Virus record (IMG/VR): IMGVR_UViG_3300047562_004041
Location: 1 to 53,324 of that record
Strand: one strand, 5' to 3'
DNA length: 53,324 bases
Origin: a virus
Taxonomy: Duplodnaviria; Caudoviricetes
Each line of letters begins with the position of its first letter. The stretch's first letter is position 1. The position numbers were made by a program, and so were the translations under genes. Shown one piece after another: positions 28,849 to 39,018 of this stretch. The notes under the pieces are model-generated. The model worked only from the letters and a program-made list of their open reading frames with translations. It made no database searches and had not been told where the DNA came from.

Positions 28849-31800
28849 TTACGCAGTTTGAATTTTATTTACTACCAAAAGATGCGTATTCACAATCTGA
28901 TCTTCGGATGACTGATCATATTGTTGAATCATGTCCATTGTATTTTTTATTGGTAAAGGAGTGAATTGTGCTTGTGCAACTAAAGAAGATGGAATATTAT
29001 TTTGAATAGAAGCATTTCCACCTGCATGAAGATTTATCCACTTTCCACCTGTAAATTTATAGTAAACACCATTTGCTGCTCGTTTTATTTCTCCTTCTTT
29101 TCCTCTACCCAATCCAAAGGTTGGAATTTGTCTAAGTTGCGTATTATTTCTATCGGTCACATCTATTTCTTGATCAAATCCAAATGGACCAAGTTTATAA
29201 AACTTTCCATTTTTAAATATGACACCTTGATTTTTTATTGGTTGGTTTGGTTGTGGTGGATTTTGGGCAGGTGGTTGTGGTGGTGGATTTTGGGCAGGTG
29301 GTTGTGGTGGAGTTTGCGTTACAACTCCTCTAAATTCGAAGTGAACATCATCACCTGGAATTGCAGCATAATACCAACCATAATTTGGTCCATTAGTAAC
29401 AAACCAGTTCCAACCTTTTGTTGAAGGTCTAATATCAAGTGCTCTACCTTCACCATGCTGAGAAGTTCCTGGTGCACCTACAACTGAATATATTCCTTGT
29501 AATGCTCTTTGATGCTCTAAACTTCTGTATGCAGAGGTAAGTATCAATGTAATTCCTTGTTTACTTGCATCTGATTTTGCTTTAAGAAATTGTCTGGCAG
29601 CATCGTGTCTTAGGTATGCCCCATTACCATACCAATCGTTATAATCTGGAGGATCAGCAAGTGTACCTACTCTAGTAAGTTGTGATGGTTTTAGTCTTCC
29701 ATTTTCTCCAGTCAGAGGAAGTCCACCCCTACCAGTTTGAGTTACAGTTCCTCTAGTTTGAGATGAAACTTGAGCTGGAGATAGTTTACCTGCCTTAAAT
29801 GCAGCAATCTGTGCCCCACCAGGTTCAAATCCAAAAATATGCCCATGTCTAGTAACTTCAGTACTATCATCTAATTGATTATATAATCTATTCTCATGGG
29901 TCGTAGCTCTGAATGCATCTCTTGGTCCAACAAAAGTTCTAGCTGATCTTTGTCTATTTGTATCTAATAAAGCAGCTGCCACTGATTCTAATCCAGCTTG
30001 TGTTTTTCCATTGGATGTAGCGAATCTAATAGCGTCTTCCTTGGTTATAATTTTTGACCAAGCTGAGACACCACCATATCTACTTACTGGCGTAAATTGT
30101 GCTGGCGATAATATAGCAGCTCTCATACTCCCATTTGTCTTCCAAGGATCACCAGGAGCAGATACTCTATTATAAATTACTTGTGCCACATCAGCTGCAC
30201 CTTGAGGATCAGAATTTTCAAATAGTGCTCCAGTTGCAAGTAACCAAAAATTTGGGCTATTACTACTTACAATTATATTTCCAGGACCACCACCAGGTGG
30301 TGTACTTACTCCAGGTCCATCGCCTTTAAGTCCCATCTCTTTTCTAAGACTTTGAAATATCTGATTAGTTCTATTGTCAAGAGCATTTTTAAATGAACGA
30401 GATATTGCATCACCTAATTGCTGCCCAATTGTTGGTCCATTTTTATTAATTGTTCTTTGAACTGGAACTACACCACCTTGTGCTGCTGTAAAAATTGATC
30501 TACCAATTTGATTAACATCTTTTGCTGATTGTGCTGCGATTGCATTGTCAATCAATGCAGCAAAATTATTTTTAATTTCTTGATTCAATAGGGGATCTGG
30601 CTTTTGACCCAAAGGTAAATTTGCAGTCGCCATCATGATTCCACCAAAAAGTGGATCACGGTTTTTATTCATAATTTCTGATATAGTTTTTAATGCTCTT
30701 AGTGGATTTTTCTTTCCTGATTTTTTTGGTGATGGAAATATTTTTTTAATTTGCTTCAGCCCACCAATATTTTTTCCAGGCTGGGGTGGTTGGCCTTTTG
30801 GTTTTTGTAAAGTAGATTTTCTTCTCGAAATAGTTCTTTTGATTGTTCTATTTGGTGATCTATTGCCCCTAGTAATTGTACCTCCTGATGCTCTTTTTTG
30901 TATTTTTTCACCTTGACCTTGCATGGATGTTGCGGCATCAAATAATGATCTACCAACAATATCTCCAAGAATTCCACCCCAAATTGGACCACCAAAGGGA
31001 ATCAAAGCAGGAAAACTTCCAAGTGCTGCTCCAACGGCACCACCAACAGCACCAGCAGCAGCTCTATCTGGTCTTTCCTTAAATATCAATGTACTAATTA
31101 AAAAGTCCGCTATTGGACCTATAATTGGAATTTTGCCTAATATTTTTGTGCCAGCTTTTCCAAATAATTTTAATGATGTACGCTGCTGTATCTTTCCTAA
31201 TCCTCTTGCTCCAATTCTACCTGAAGTTCTTCCTTTTCCAGCCAATCCAGCAGCAGGAATAGCTCTTGGTGAAAATCTTTCTCTGACTGCTTCTAATGCT
31301 TTAGCTGGAGTTAATCCTTTATTAATTTTGTCTTGATATAGTCGTGCTGCATCAAATCCATATTTTTTTGTAACTGCCTCTTGTGCGCGAGTCTGACTAA
31401 AATATTGACTTAATCTTGTTGACCCACCAGGTCCACCTACACCAGATCTAGGGGAGATTCTTGTGGGTAACTTTTTACCTCCACCACCTCCAACTGCACC
31501 AGAACCAGCAATTGCCAATCCAACAATAATTGCGGTATTTAAAAATTTGTTTAGAGCAGATGAAAGGTCATCAAATTGCTTTTCAAATTTTTCTCCACCG
31601 ACCTGTTTTGCTAATGATCTTACTTTATCATATTGTTCATAACCAAGATCAATGGCATCTACAAAATTTTTAAATACAGATCCAACAAAATTTTCTGTAA
31701 ATTTTATAAAAGGATCTATAAACTTTAATGTGCTTAATATTTTTGGGAGAAACTTCACTAGTTTAGTGAATGCAAATCCCATAAAAGTATAGAGAATAAA

Positions 31801-32139
31801 ATTACGAATTGCATCTAGGAATCCAGTTTTAGGTAATGCTCCCTGTAGATATTTTAATGGATTTACGAGTTTTGGTGTTTCGGATTGCTTTTCCTGTTGT
31901 TGTCTTGTCTGCGTTATTGCTCGTCTTCTTTGTTGCTCTTTTTGGTTGGACAAAAGGGAAGAATTAAATTTAACCAAAGTTTCAATTTTCTTTAAACTTT
32001 GGTGAATTGATGTCAAAATACTCAAAGGTGCATTTCCACCTCCACCTCCACCTCCACCTGGTCCAACTCCACCTCCACCAGGTCCTCTTCTTGACCCTGG
32101 TATGATAGGTGTAGTTGGAGTTACATTATTTTGCGCCAT
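28849..32139 (-). CDS. Tape-measure/hub-like protein with cell-wall hydrolase and M15 (VanY-like) peptidase domains
   Basis: E...ADVAQVIYNR...QF; SAYRS..HQ...SQHGEGRALD...DDVHFE. Confidence 0.8.
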   Translation of the reverse strand: MAQNNVTPTTPIIPGSRRGPGGGGVGPGGGGGGGGNAPLSILTSIHQSLKKIETLVKFNSSLLSNQKEQQRRRAITQTRQQQEKQSETPKLVNPLKYLQGALPKTGFLDAIRNFILYTFMGFAFTKLVKFLPKILSTLKFIDPFIKFTENFVGSVFKNFVDAIDLGYEQYDKVRSLAKQVGGEKFEKQFDDLSSALNKFLNTAIIVGLAIAGSGAVGGGGGKKLPTRISPRSGVGGPGGSTRLSQYFSQTRAQEAVTKKYGFDAARLYQDKINKGLTPAKALEAVRERFSPRAIPAAGLAGKGRTSGRIGARGLGKIQQRTSLKLFGKAGTKILGKIPIIGPIADFLISTLIFKERPDRAAAGAVGGAVGAALGSFPALIPFGGPIWGGILGDIVGRSLFDAATSMQGQGEKIQKRASGGTITRGNRSPNRTIKRTISRRKSTLQKPKGQPPQPGKNIGGLKQIKKIFPSPKKSGKKNPLRALKTISEIMNKNRDPLFGGIMMATANLPLGQKPDPLLNQEIKNNFAALIDNAIAAQSAKDVNQIGRSIFTAAQGGVVPVQRTINKNGPTIGQQLGDAISRSFKNALDNRTNQIFQSLRKEMGLKGDGPGVSTPPGGGPGNIIVSSNSPNFWLLATGALFENSDPQGAADVAQVIYNRVSAPGDPWKTNGSMRAAILSPAQFTPVSRYGGVSAWSKIITKEDAIRFATSNGKTQAGLESVAAALLDTNRQRSARTFVGPRDAFRATTHENRLYNQLDDSTEVTRHGHIFGFEPGGAQIAAFKAGKLSPAQVSSQTRGTVTQTGRGGLPLTGENGRLKPSQLTRVGTLADPPDYNDWYGNGAYLRHDAARQFLKAKSDASKQGITLILTSAYRSLEHQRALQGIYSVVGAPGTSQHGEGRALDIRPSTKGWNWFVTNGPNYGWYYAAIPGDDVHFEFRGVVTQTPPQPPAQNPPPQPPAQNPPQPNQPIKNQGVIFKNGKFYKLGPFGFDQEIDVTDRNNTQLRQIPTFGLGRGKEGEIKRAANGVYYKFTGGKWINLHAGGNASIQNNIPSSLVAQAQFTPLPIKNTMDMIQQYDQSSEDQIVNTHLLVVNKIQTA
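29250..29311. repeat. 24-bp repeat (PPQPPAQN) linker
   Basis: ggttgtggtgg...ttttgggcaggt duplicated. Confidence 0.85.
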
Positions 32140-32140
32140 T

Positions 32141-34627
32141 TTATGTCAACCCATATGCAGAAAGTGTAATTTCTCTTTCTTCTCTATTTGGGGGAATCGG
32201 AGAAAGTGCAGGGACTTGGCTTCCATTCTTAGCTCCTGGAGCTATATTTTGATTGGAAGAAACCATTACTGGTGGCAATTCTGTGATGGTAAAATTACCT
32301 TTACCTTGAACTCGTTTTCCAGGTTGCCTTACATTTGGAGTAACTGGAGCCAGTGATGCATCAGAGGTTTTAAGACCAGTAAATCTTAGAATATTATTCC
32401 ACAAAGGCTCTAAGAATCCTTGGGGTTTTGGTTTTGGTTTTGGTGGAGGTGGTGCCTGGAATTGAGCTGGAATTGGCGCAGGTTTATTTCCATAGTTTCC
32501 TTCATGGATAAAGAAATTAGAATCTTTATTTCTTAGTACATCTCCTTTGTCTGGTCTCATATGAGGTTGTTGACTTGTTCCATAAAATCCAGTTCTAGTG
32601 CCAATAAATCTCTGCGCCTGTTGCTGCAATTTTACATTCTTTAATGCTTTTTCTGTATCAGATATTTGTCTTAAAGCATCTTTCATATTCCACTTATAAT
32701 CTTTTCCTTTTGTGGAATTCATTACTGCAAGTGCGGCAGTTTTTCTGTCCACAATGTTTTGCCAGTCTGGAATATTACCAAATATTGGTTGATATTGATC
32801 TTTAGCAATAATAATATCTTTTACTGTATTTTTTCGTTGATAAAAATTTGCACCATAATTATTTGCTGCCTGCAATCGATTGTATATTGATTGGGCAACA
32901 TCTGCCCTGCCTTGTGGAGTATCATCTTCTAATGCTGAAATTGCAAGTAAAGAATTATAATCGGCTGCGCTTAATTTACCACCACCAACAATACCTCCAT
33001 CTTTTGCCATCTGAATGTTGTTGGCATATTTTGGCTTTCTTCCTGCCACAAATTGATATAAATTCAATCCAGTTTTATTTTGAATGTCCTTTGCATCTTC
33101 TGGGGTTACAACAATTTCACCTGGTCTGGCTGCAACTAATTGAGTATCAGGTCCAGCACCAGTGATATCCAATCCAGAATTACTAGTGATTTGTTGACTT
33201 CCATCCAAAGCAATCTTTTCTATTGGAGTAGAATTTCGTTGAGGAATTATACCACCTCTATTGAACGCATAAGAAGGCGGCAGTGGTTGTGGTTTTATCT
33301 TTTTTTCTTCTGGACTACTTTGTTGTTGTGGTTTTGGTTGTTTTATTTTTTCTGATTCATTTTTTGGTTTTAATAATTGATATCCACCGTATGCTGCAGC
33401 AACTGCTGCTCCAGCATATAAAGAACGAACTCCAAAGGTCTTTAATAATTTTAATATTCCTGGTATACCAATTGCACGAATATATTTTGTAAGATTTATT
33501 GCTAATCCTACTGTAGATCGTATGAATTTACCAAATCTTGTTCCAAATAATATGAATGTGCCAAGAATCGCTGGCCACCAATCTTTAAAAAATCTCTTTA
33601 AAGATTCTATTTTTTTCTTATTTTTTGGGTCAGATATCCATTTAACTAATTCAGTGAAAGCTTTTCCGAGTAAAGTATAAAATATAAAATCAAAAATGCG
33701 ATCCAATATTCCTTTTACAGGAGACATCACTTTTTGAAATGAATCATATGTTTTTTTCGCAGAAGACTCTAATTGATTTTCTGCTTCTTTTCTTTTATTT
33801 TGCTCTTGTGTTATTCTCTCAACTCTTTGTGTTCTTATGGTCGTTGCTCTCTGCGCTGAAAGAACAGCTAATATATTATCTACTGATTTTTGTATTTTCA
33901 ATAATATTTGCACTATTGGATCGTTTGATCCACCACCGCCACCACCGCCACCAACTCTTCCATTATTTCCTCCGCCCCCACCATTATCGATTACTGCACG
34001 AGATCTTTCTAGTGTTGTTCTAGCGATTCTTACATTCCTAGTCCTAAAATTAGAAGGACTCACAAAGGTACTTGCTGACCTTGAAGTTGGTCTTGTCCTT
34101 GGACCAGGTTCTTTTTTCTGTAATTGGATTGCTCCTCTTTTTATTTCACCTAAAAGATCTTCTATTTTATCTTTTATATCTTCGCAACAGGTTTCTTTGT
34201 TCTGAGTATCTACATTTGTGGACGAAGATACTTCCGAAATTGGGTTTTGATTTTTATTAGCAGTTGATTTTCTTTGTCTTTGTCGTGTAGGTGATTTTTT
34301 AGTTGGTGCTTTTGGAGGTCTTTTTGATGCGGTTGGTTTTTTATTTTTCTTCTGTTCTTTTTGATAGGCTTCTATTTCTTTTAATACTTTATCATGAATT
34401 TTTCCAAAATCTCCCTCTAAAGAATCCTCTTCAAATTCGTCATATTCATTTTCTGATATTGGAAACTCGTCTCCTGTATTCGTTTCTACATACCATTTTA
34501 TGACATAATAATATAGTTCAGGGTCAGCTGCTTCATTGATACCTAAGTTTCTAGCAAAAATTATAGCCTGATTTTTTGGCCTATTTCTAGGAAATTTAAT
34601 GCTAGCAATAGACCATTTTTTTGCCAT
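32141..34627 (-). CDS. Second tape-measure/hub-like protein with cell-wall hydrolase domain
   Basis: LEDDTPQGRADVAQSIYNR...QYQP; G.DT......PGE.V motif. Confidence 0.78.
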   Translation of the reverse strand: MAKKWSIASIKFPRNRPKNQAIIFARNLGINEAADPELYYYVIKWYVETNTGDEFPISENEYDEFEEDSLEGDFGKIHDKVLKEIEAYQKEQKKNKKPTASKRPPKAPTKKSPTRQRQRKSTANKNQNPISEVSSSTNVDTQNKETCCEDIKDKIEDLLGEIKRGAIQLQKKEPGPRTRPTSRSASTFVSPSNFRTRNVRIARTTLERSRAVIDNGGGGGNNGRVGGGGGGGGSNDPIVQILLKIQKSVDNILAVLSAQRATTIRTQRVERITQEQNKRKEAENQLESSAKKTYDSFQKVMSPVKGILDRIFDFIFYTLLGKAFTELVKWISDPKNKKKIESLKRFFKDWWPAILGTFILFGTRFGKFIRSTVGLAINLTKYIRAIGIPGILKLLKTFGVRSLYAGAAVAAAYGGYQLLKPKNESEKIKQPKPQQQSSPEEKKIKPQPLPPSYAFNRGGIIPQRNSTPIEKIALDGSQQITSNSGLDITGAGPDTQLVAARPGEIVVTPEDAKDIQNKTGLNLYQFVAGRKPKYANNIQMAKDGGIVGGGKLSAADYNSLLAISALEDDTPQGRADVAQSIYNRLQAANNYGANFYQRKNTVKDIIIAKDQYQPIFGNIPDWQNIVDRKTAALAVMNSTKGKDYKWNMKDALRQISDTEKALKNVKLQQQAQRFIGTRTGFYGTSQQPHMRPDKGDVLRNKDSNFFIHEGNYGNKPAPIPAQFQAPPPPKPKPKPQGFLEPLWNNILRFTGLKTSDASLAPVTPNVRQPGKRVQGKGNFTITELPPVMVSSNQNIAPGAKNGSQVPALSPIPPNREEREITLSAYGLT

Positions 34628-34632
34628 TTATC

Positions 34633-34800
34633 TTAAAGCGACGCCTTCTTTAATTTTGCTTCTTCTTCTTCCAAATGTTGATTTAAGAGTGCCACATAGA
34701 TATCTCTCTCCCATGGCATCAAATTTTCAATCTCAGTTAATGAATATTTATGATATTGCATGAGAGCAAAATTTAACTTAAAGTAATTCTCAAGGTCCAT
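34633..34800 (-). CDS. gp51: Baseplate hub assembly catalyst gp51 (55 aa)
   Basis: Hand-translated MDLENYFKLNFALMQYHKYSLTEIENLMPWERDIYVALL. Confidence 0.88.
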   Translation of the reverse strand: MDLENYFKLNFALMQYHKYSLTEIENLMPWERDIYVALLNQHLEEEEAKLKKASL

Positions 34801-34811
34801 ATGGCAAAGAC

Positions 34812-35531
34812 CTATGCGAAAAAACTAGATAACCCTTCAAGAACAACTTCTGATTCAACTTTTGTATTTGGATTTTTTACTTTTACTGTATGGGATAATT
34901 TTGGCATAGTCTCAAAGAAAGTCTCAATCTGTTTAAATTGAGATGAATTCATTTGATCTAAAAATTCCACTATTTCTTTTTTGGTTACATCAGATGAAGT
35001 CCAAACTTCTTCCTCAGTATAAATTTTATCCACACAATCGGCAATCATTTCAAATGATTGTTCGGTTGCATTTTGACCGGAAAAATCAAAATTATTTTTA
35101 ATAAATTGATCCAAAGATGGGTATCTCATTTCCATCATAATTGAATCATCTACTTTAATTTTATTTGTATGATTTTCATTTTTATGAATATGAATATCAT
35201 CGATATCAATTTTAACTGGAACTGCAGTCTCTCCATCATCTGGACATATAATAGATAATTCCACTTCTTCCCCAACTGATTTCGAACGAATATTTAAAAA
35301 CAAATATTCAATATCAAATGTAGGAAGAGCTTCTACCTTTATTCCTCTAGTTTCTATACAATTTTTAATTACTGTCTTAATTGCAGTAGTAATTTGTTTT
35401 GTATCTTCTGATTCTAATGCGAGCAATAAAAGTTTTTCTTCTTTTACTAAAAATGGTCTGTACTTGATTGTTTGTCCAGTTGACGGTAAATCCAATTCGA
35501 AGACTGGTGTAGCAATTTTTGGTAAAGGCAT
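34812..35531 (-). CDS. gp26: Baseplate hub subunit gp26
   Basis: MPLPKI.TP...LPSTG..IKYRPFLVKEEK; FDIEYLFLNIR.KSVGE. Confidence 0.93.
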   Translation of the reverse strand: MPLPKIATPVFELDLPSTGQTIKYRPFLVKEEKLLLLALESEDTKQITTAIKTVIKNCIETRGIKVEALPTFDIEYLFLNIRSKSVGEEVELSIICPDDGETAVPVKIDIDDIHIHKNENHTNKIKVDDSIMMEMRYPSLDQFIKNNFDFSGQNATEQSFEMIADCVDKIYTEEEVWTSSDVTKKEIVEFLDQMNSSQFKQIETFFETMPKLSHTVKVKNPNTKVESEVVLEGLSSFFA

Positions 35532-35616
35532 ATTAAATGAATAATATTAAATTCGTTTGATTATTTATTCTTAAAGTTCGAATGTATATCCACCAATAGT
35601 ATATTCTTTAAAGATA

Positions 35617-36480
35617 TTAGCTACCGGAATATAAATTTACTCTATTAATAGTCCTATTATTAGAACCATTAGCAGGACCATTAGTAACACTATTAGTGGC
35701 ACTAGTTGGGGCGGCGCTGGCAGGACCATTCGCACTAGACTCTTGTGGTTTTGGGTTTGGTTTATCTATAGTATCAATTGCACTTGGTAATAATATGTAC
35801 CTAGTATATGCAAATGATATAGTACATTTTAATAGTTGAGAAGATTCATAACTAACAGGCATTGACATAATTGATATTGGATATGCATCAATGTATTTGT
35901 ATGTTAAAGATTTTCCAGAGTTGTCCCCAGATAATCCACCATAATCTCTTTCAAATTTAGTCAAATGGATATCCGTTCTATATCCTCTCGATACATCATT
36001 GGCTTTTCCAGTTCCATCTGGGTATGCCATCCTATAAGAGTACTCGGATTTAATAAATTTTTGGTTATTATAATCTTTTGTATATTGTTCATTTGCAATA
36101 TATTGCATCCAAAATTCAAAATATTTAATAACTTCATATTCTCCATCTACATAAAAAGTAAAATCAGCACGATCATCATATACTCTTCTATATGGAATTT
36201 TTTCTGTAACTCCAGTATAATCCATTACATCATGAGTATAGAATGTGGACCCAGGCATTGTGGCATCACAACAAGACAAATAAATTAAACCCTTGTCAAA
36301 ATTCTTATTACCTTCACCAAATGCTATCCTCTTATCTGTGGTCCACCCACCAGAAACAGAAGGTGGGGGTAAAAATTCACAAGAAAAATGGGAAGTCAAA
36401 GCTGGTCTTAATAGCTTTGTCTTTATGGTGCTCATTGACTGAGGCGAATTGAAAGCAGGTTGATGTCTATTCTCTGCCAT
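35617..36480 (-). CDS. Tail-tube-like protein (gp54/gp19 family)
   Basis: KIPYRR.YD...FTFYVD...FE.W; DAYPISI...VSY; FAY. Confidence 0.75.
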   Translation of the reverse strand: MAENRHQPAFNSPQSMSTIKTKLLRPALTSHFSCEFLPPPSVSGGWTTDKRIAFGEGNKNFDKGLIYLSCCDATMPGSTFYTHDVMDYTGVTEKIPYRRVYDDRADFTFYVDGEYEVIKYFEFWMQYIANEQYTKDYNNQKFIKSEYSYRMAYPDGTGKANDVSRGYRTDIHLTKFERDYGGLSGDNSGKSLTYKYIDAYPISIMSMPVSYESSQLLKCTISFAYTRYILLPSAIDTIDKPNPKPQESSANGPASAAPTSATNSVTNGPANGSNNRTINRVNLYSGS

Positions 36481-36481
36481 C

Positions 36482-36515
36482 TATAAATATTTTTAATGTC
36501 TATTGATTATTTATA
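36482..36515. promoter_or_regulatory. Pair of opposed late promoters TATAAATA (+36482-36489; -36508-36515)
   Basis: Exact consensus on both strands between divergent genes. Confidence 0.8.
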
Positions 36516-36517
36516 GA

Positions 36518-36964
36518 GTGCCTAAGAATTATATACAAGGATTTTACTCTCCAATAAATCCAAAAAAATATTCTGGAAATCCAGCTCAAATTGTATATCG
36601 TTCCTCTTATGAATTGAGAGCATTTAAATGGTGTGATTTATCAGAAAGTATTATTTCTTGGGGATCGGAAGAAGGTTGGGTGCCATATAGGAATCCAATT
36701 ACTGGAAAAGTGCATCGTTATTTTCCAGACTTATTCATAAAAATAAAAGAATCAAATGGAGAAATAAAAAAATATCTCATAGAAATAAAGCCAAAACGAC
36801 AAACTATTCCACCAAACCCAACACCAAAAAAGAAAACAAAAACTTGGTTGAACGAAATGAAAACATACCAAATAAATCAAGCTAAATGGGAAGCAGCAGA
36901 AAAATTTTGCCATGAAAACGGAATAGTATTCAAAATAATCACCGAAAGGGAATTGGGAATCTAA
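36518..36964 (+). CDS. gp4: Head completion nuclease gp4
   Basis: P.NP.KY.G....IVYRSS.E; RYFPD; IEIKP; NQAKWEAA; ITE.EL; GTG start inferred. Confidence 0.92.
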   Translation: MPKNYIQGFYSPINPKKYSGNPAQIVYRSSYELRAFKWCDLSESIISWGSEEGWVPYRNPITGKVHRYFPDLFIKIKESNGEIKKYLIEIKPKRQTIPPNPTPKKKTKTWLNEMKTYQINQAKWEAAEKFCHENGIVFKIITERELGI

Positions 36965-36965
36965 A

Positions 36966-37574
36966 ATGTTTAAACCTTTAAGTAATCAAGCAAGAAGATT
37001 GTGGACTATATTTGGTACAGTTAGAACTTGGTTTTCTACTCTGGGAAAAGCAACGGAAAGAAAACTACAAAGAGAAGAACAGGAAATAATATTTGAAGAA
37101 CAAAAATTAAAAAAAGAAAATGCAAAAGTATATGTATATGAACAACTACAAAAAAGAAAAAGAGATTTAGAAAGACAAAAAGAAGAATTTTATAGTTTCA
37201 AAAATTTAATCGATAACTTACCCAAAAATAAATCTCCAAATTTTTACTATAATGCTCTGGTAGATATTCTTGCTAGAATGGGAAGAACAGAAGAAACAAT
37301 AGAAGTTGGAAAAATTTACACTTTCAAATACATTGGAATTACTCAAGGAAAATGGTATGATGTCCACCCAGTAAGTCTAATCACATCTAAAGAAAATAAT
37401 TATTACAAAGGAGTAAATTACCATTGGCAAAGAAGACCAGAATACATCGAAAGTCCAATAAGAACTTATAATTATTCTAGAATACAATCGATGTTTTATA
37501 GAATAAAGCCACAAGAATTAGAATATGTTTTGAGGGTACCTTCTTTTTATCCAGTATTGATTTCTAAACGATAA
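36966..37574 (+). CDS. gp2: DNA end protector gp2-like
   Basis: GKIYTFKY...WYD.HP...GVNYHW; follows gp4. Confidence 0.7.
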   Translation: MFKPLSNQARRLWTIFGTVRTWFSTLGKATERKLQREEQEIIFEEQKLKKENAKVYVYEQLQKRKRDLERQKEEFYSFKNLIDNLPKNKSPNFYYNALVDILARMGRTEETIEVGKIYTFKYIGITQGKWYDVHPVSLITSKENNYYKGVNYHWQRRPEYIESPIRTYNYSRIQSMFYRIKPQELEYVLRVPSFYPVLISKR

Positions 37575-37596
37575 ATAGATATAAAAAATAATATAA

Positions 37597-37659
37597 ATGT
37601 CTCATACTCTACAAAAAATTGAGATGATTGATCCTCTTACATTTGAGGGGGATTTCTGA
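37597..37659 (+). CDS. 20-aa leader ORF MSHTLQKIEMIDPLTFEGDF
   Basis: After late promoter ATAAATA (37571-37577); TGATG overlap with gp48. Confidence 0.4.
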   Translation: MSHTLQKIEMIDPLTFEGDF

Positions 37660-39017
37660 TGGATTATACCTGGCAAATTTCAACGCCAAATATAGGAACT
37701 GGCATTGGTGTTGTAAGTTCTGCATATAACGATGAAGATGGGAAAAATGTACTAACAACAATAACGGCAAGTAATCCATCAGGATTCGTTAAGGCTTTTC
37801 CCAATACTAGTTCAACTGATCTGAATATAAAAAATCTTGAGTTTGTAATAAGAACTGATGGGCAAATAGTGTATAGGGTTTTAGATGGCACTCAAAATCC
37901 ACAAATATATGACAGCCTACAAGCACTAGCTAATCGGCGTGGCGGTTGGACTGGTGCAACTACTACTACAGTCCAATCGCAAATTAATTCTACAATATTG
38001 GCCAAAGTAGATGCATATAATAGAAATAATCCAAATGCACAGATAGGTCCTGGGGTAAGCAATAACAATGATGACGAACTTCCCACTGATTTAAATACAG
38101 CAGCTTTACCAGAACAAATAGATATAGTAAAAACAAAAGATTTTGATACTCTTATATATCCAGAAAAAATAGAAAAGAATGGACAAGATTTTATACAATT
38201 TAAAGTTTTTGAATACATTTCACAGAAACTATCCAGTAACAATCTTCTGTTTGACCCAAGAGGTAAATATGAAGATACTAAAGATGAAAAAAAATCAAGA
38301 GGTACAATAATTCTTCCCATACAACCAAATATAACAGATACAAACACCGTTTCTTGGGGAGATTCGAAACTTGGGATATTAGAAATGATGGGAGCAAATA
38401 TTAGCTTAAGTGGAATGAATGCTGGAAGCAATTATCTAGAAGACATGGCAAATAAATTTGGCCAAACCATAGCACCACAAGATAAAATAACTCCAGAAAT
38501 AGTTACTGCAGTTCAGAATTATTTGGCAAAAATGGCAATTAGTTCAAACACTAATTTATTATCTAGAACAGGTGGTGCAGTAACAAATCCAAATTTAACT
38601 TTATTGTTCGAATCACCAGATCTTAGAAATTTCACCTTTAATTTTAAGCTAACTCCAAGAACAGAAAAAGAAGGAACAGTAGTAAGAAAAATTATTAGAG
38701 TATTTAAACAATATATGGCTGTCCAAAGAAGTGCTGGAAATCTATTTTTAGAAACTCCAAATGTATTCGATATAAAATACATTAGAGGAGATGACATAAA
38801 AACAAAAAAAGTTGACACCCACAAGTCACTAAATTTATTTAAAACCTGCGCATTAAGAAATTTTACAGTAAATTATACACCTTCTAATACATACATGACA
38901 TATAATGATGTAGCAGGTACTATGACTTCATATGAACTATCCATGTCATTTACTGAATTGGATCCAATATATTATGATAACTACGAAGCAATAGCAGAAG
39001 ATTCAATAGGTTACTAA
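37659..39017 (+). CDS. gp48: Baseplate tail tube cap gp48
   Basis: NPNLTLLF..P.LR.F.F.F.L.PR; C.L....VNYTP; F.EL.P. Confidence 0.88.
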   Translation: MDYTWQISTPNIGTGIGVVSSAYNDEDGKNVLTTITASNPSGFVKAFPNTSSTDLNIKNLEFVIRTDGQIVYRVLDGTQNPQIYDSLQALANRRGGWTGATTTTVQSQINSTILAKVDAYNRNNPNAQIGPGVSNNNDDELPTDLNTAALPEQIDIVKTKDFDTLIYPEKIEKNGQDFIQFKVFEYISQKLSSNNLLFDPRGKYEDTKDEKKSRGTIILPIQPNITDTNTVSWGDSKLGILEMMGANISLSGMNAGSNYLEDMANKFGQTIAPQDKITPEIVTAVQNYLAKMAISSNTNLLSRTGGAVTNPNLTLLFESPDLRNFTFNFKLTPRTEKEGTVVRKIIRVFKQYMAVQRSAGNLFLETPNVFDIKYIRGDDIKTKKVDTHKSLNLFKTCALRNFTVNYTPSNTYMTYNDVAGTMTSYELSMSFTELDPIYYDNYEAIAEDSIGY

Positions 39018-39018
39018 T

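Noticed and set aside
35565-35640. Alternate-frame extension (VANIFKEYTIGGYTFEL) past the tail-tube-like gene stop
   Set aside because: Short, no start, no clear slippery site; could be chance
37664-38824. Minus-strand ORFs of 75-179 aa
   Set aside because: Antisense to well-supported gp48
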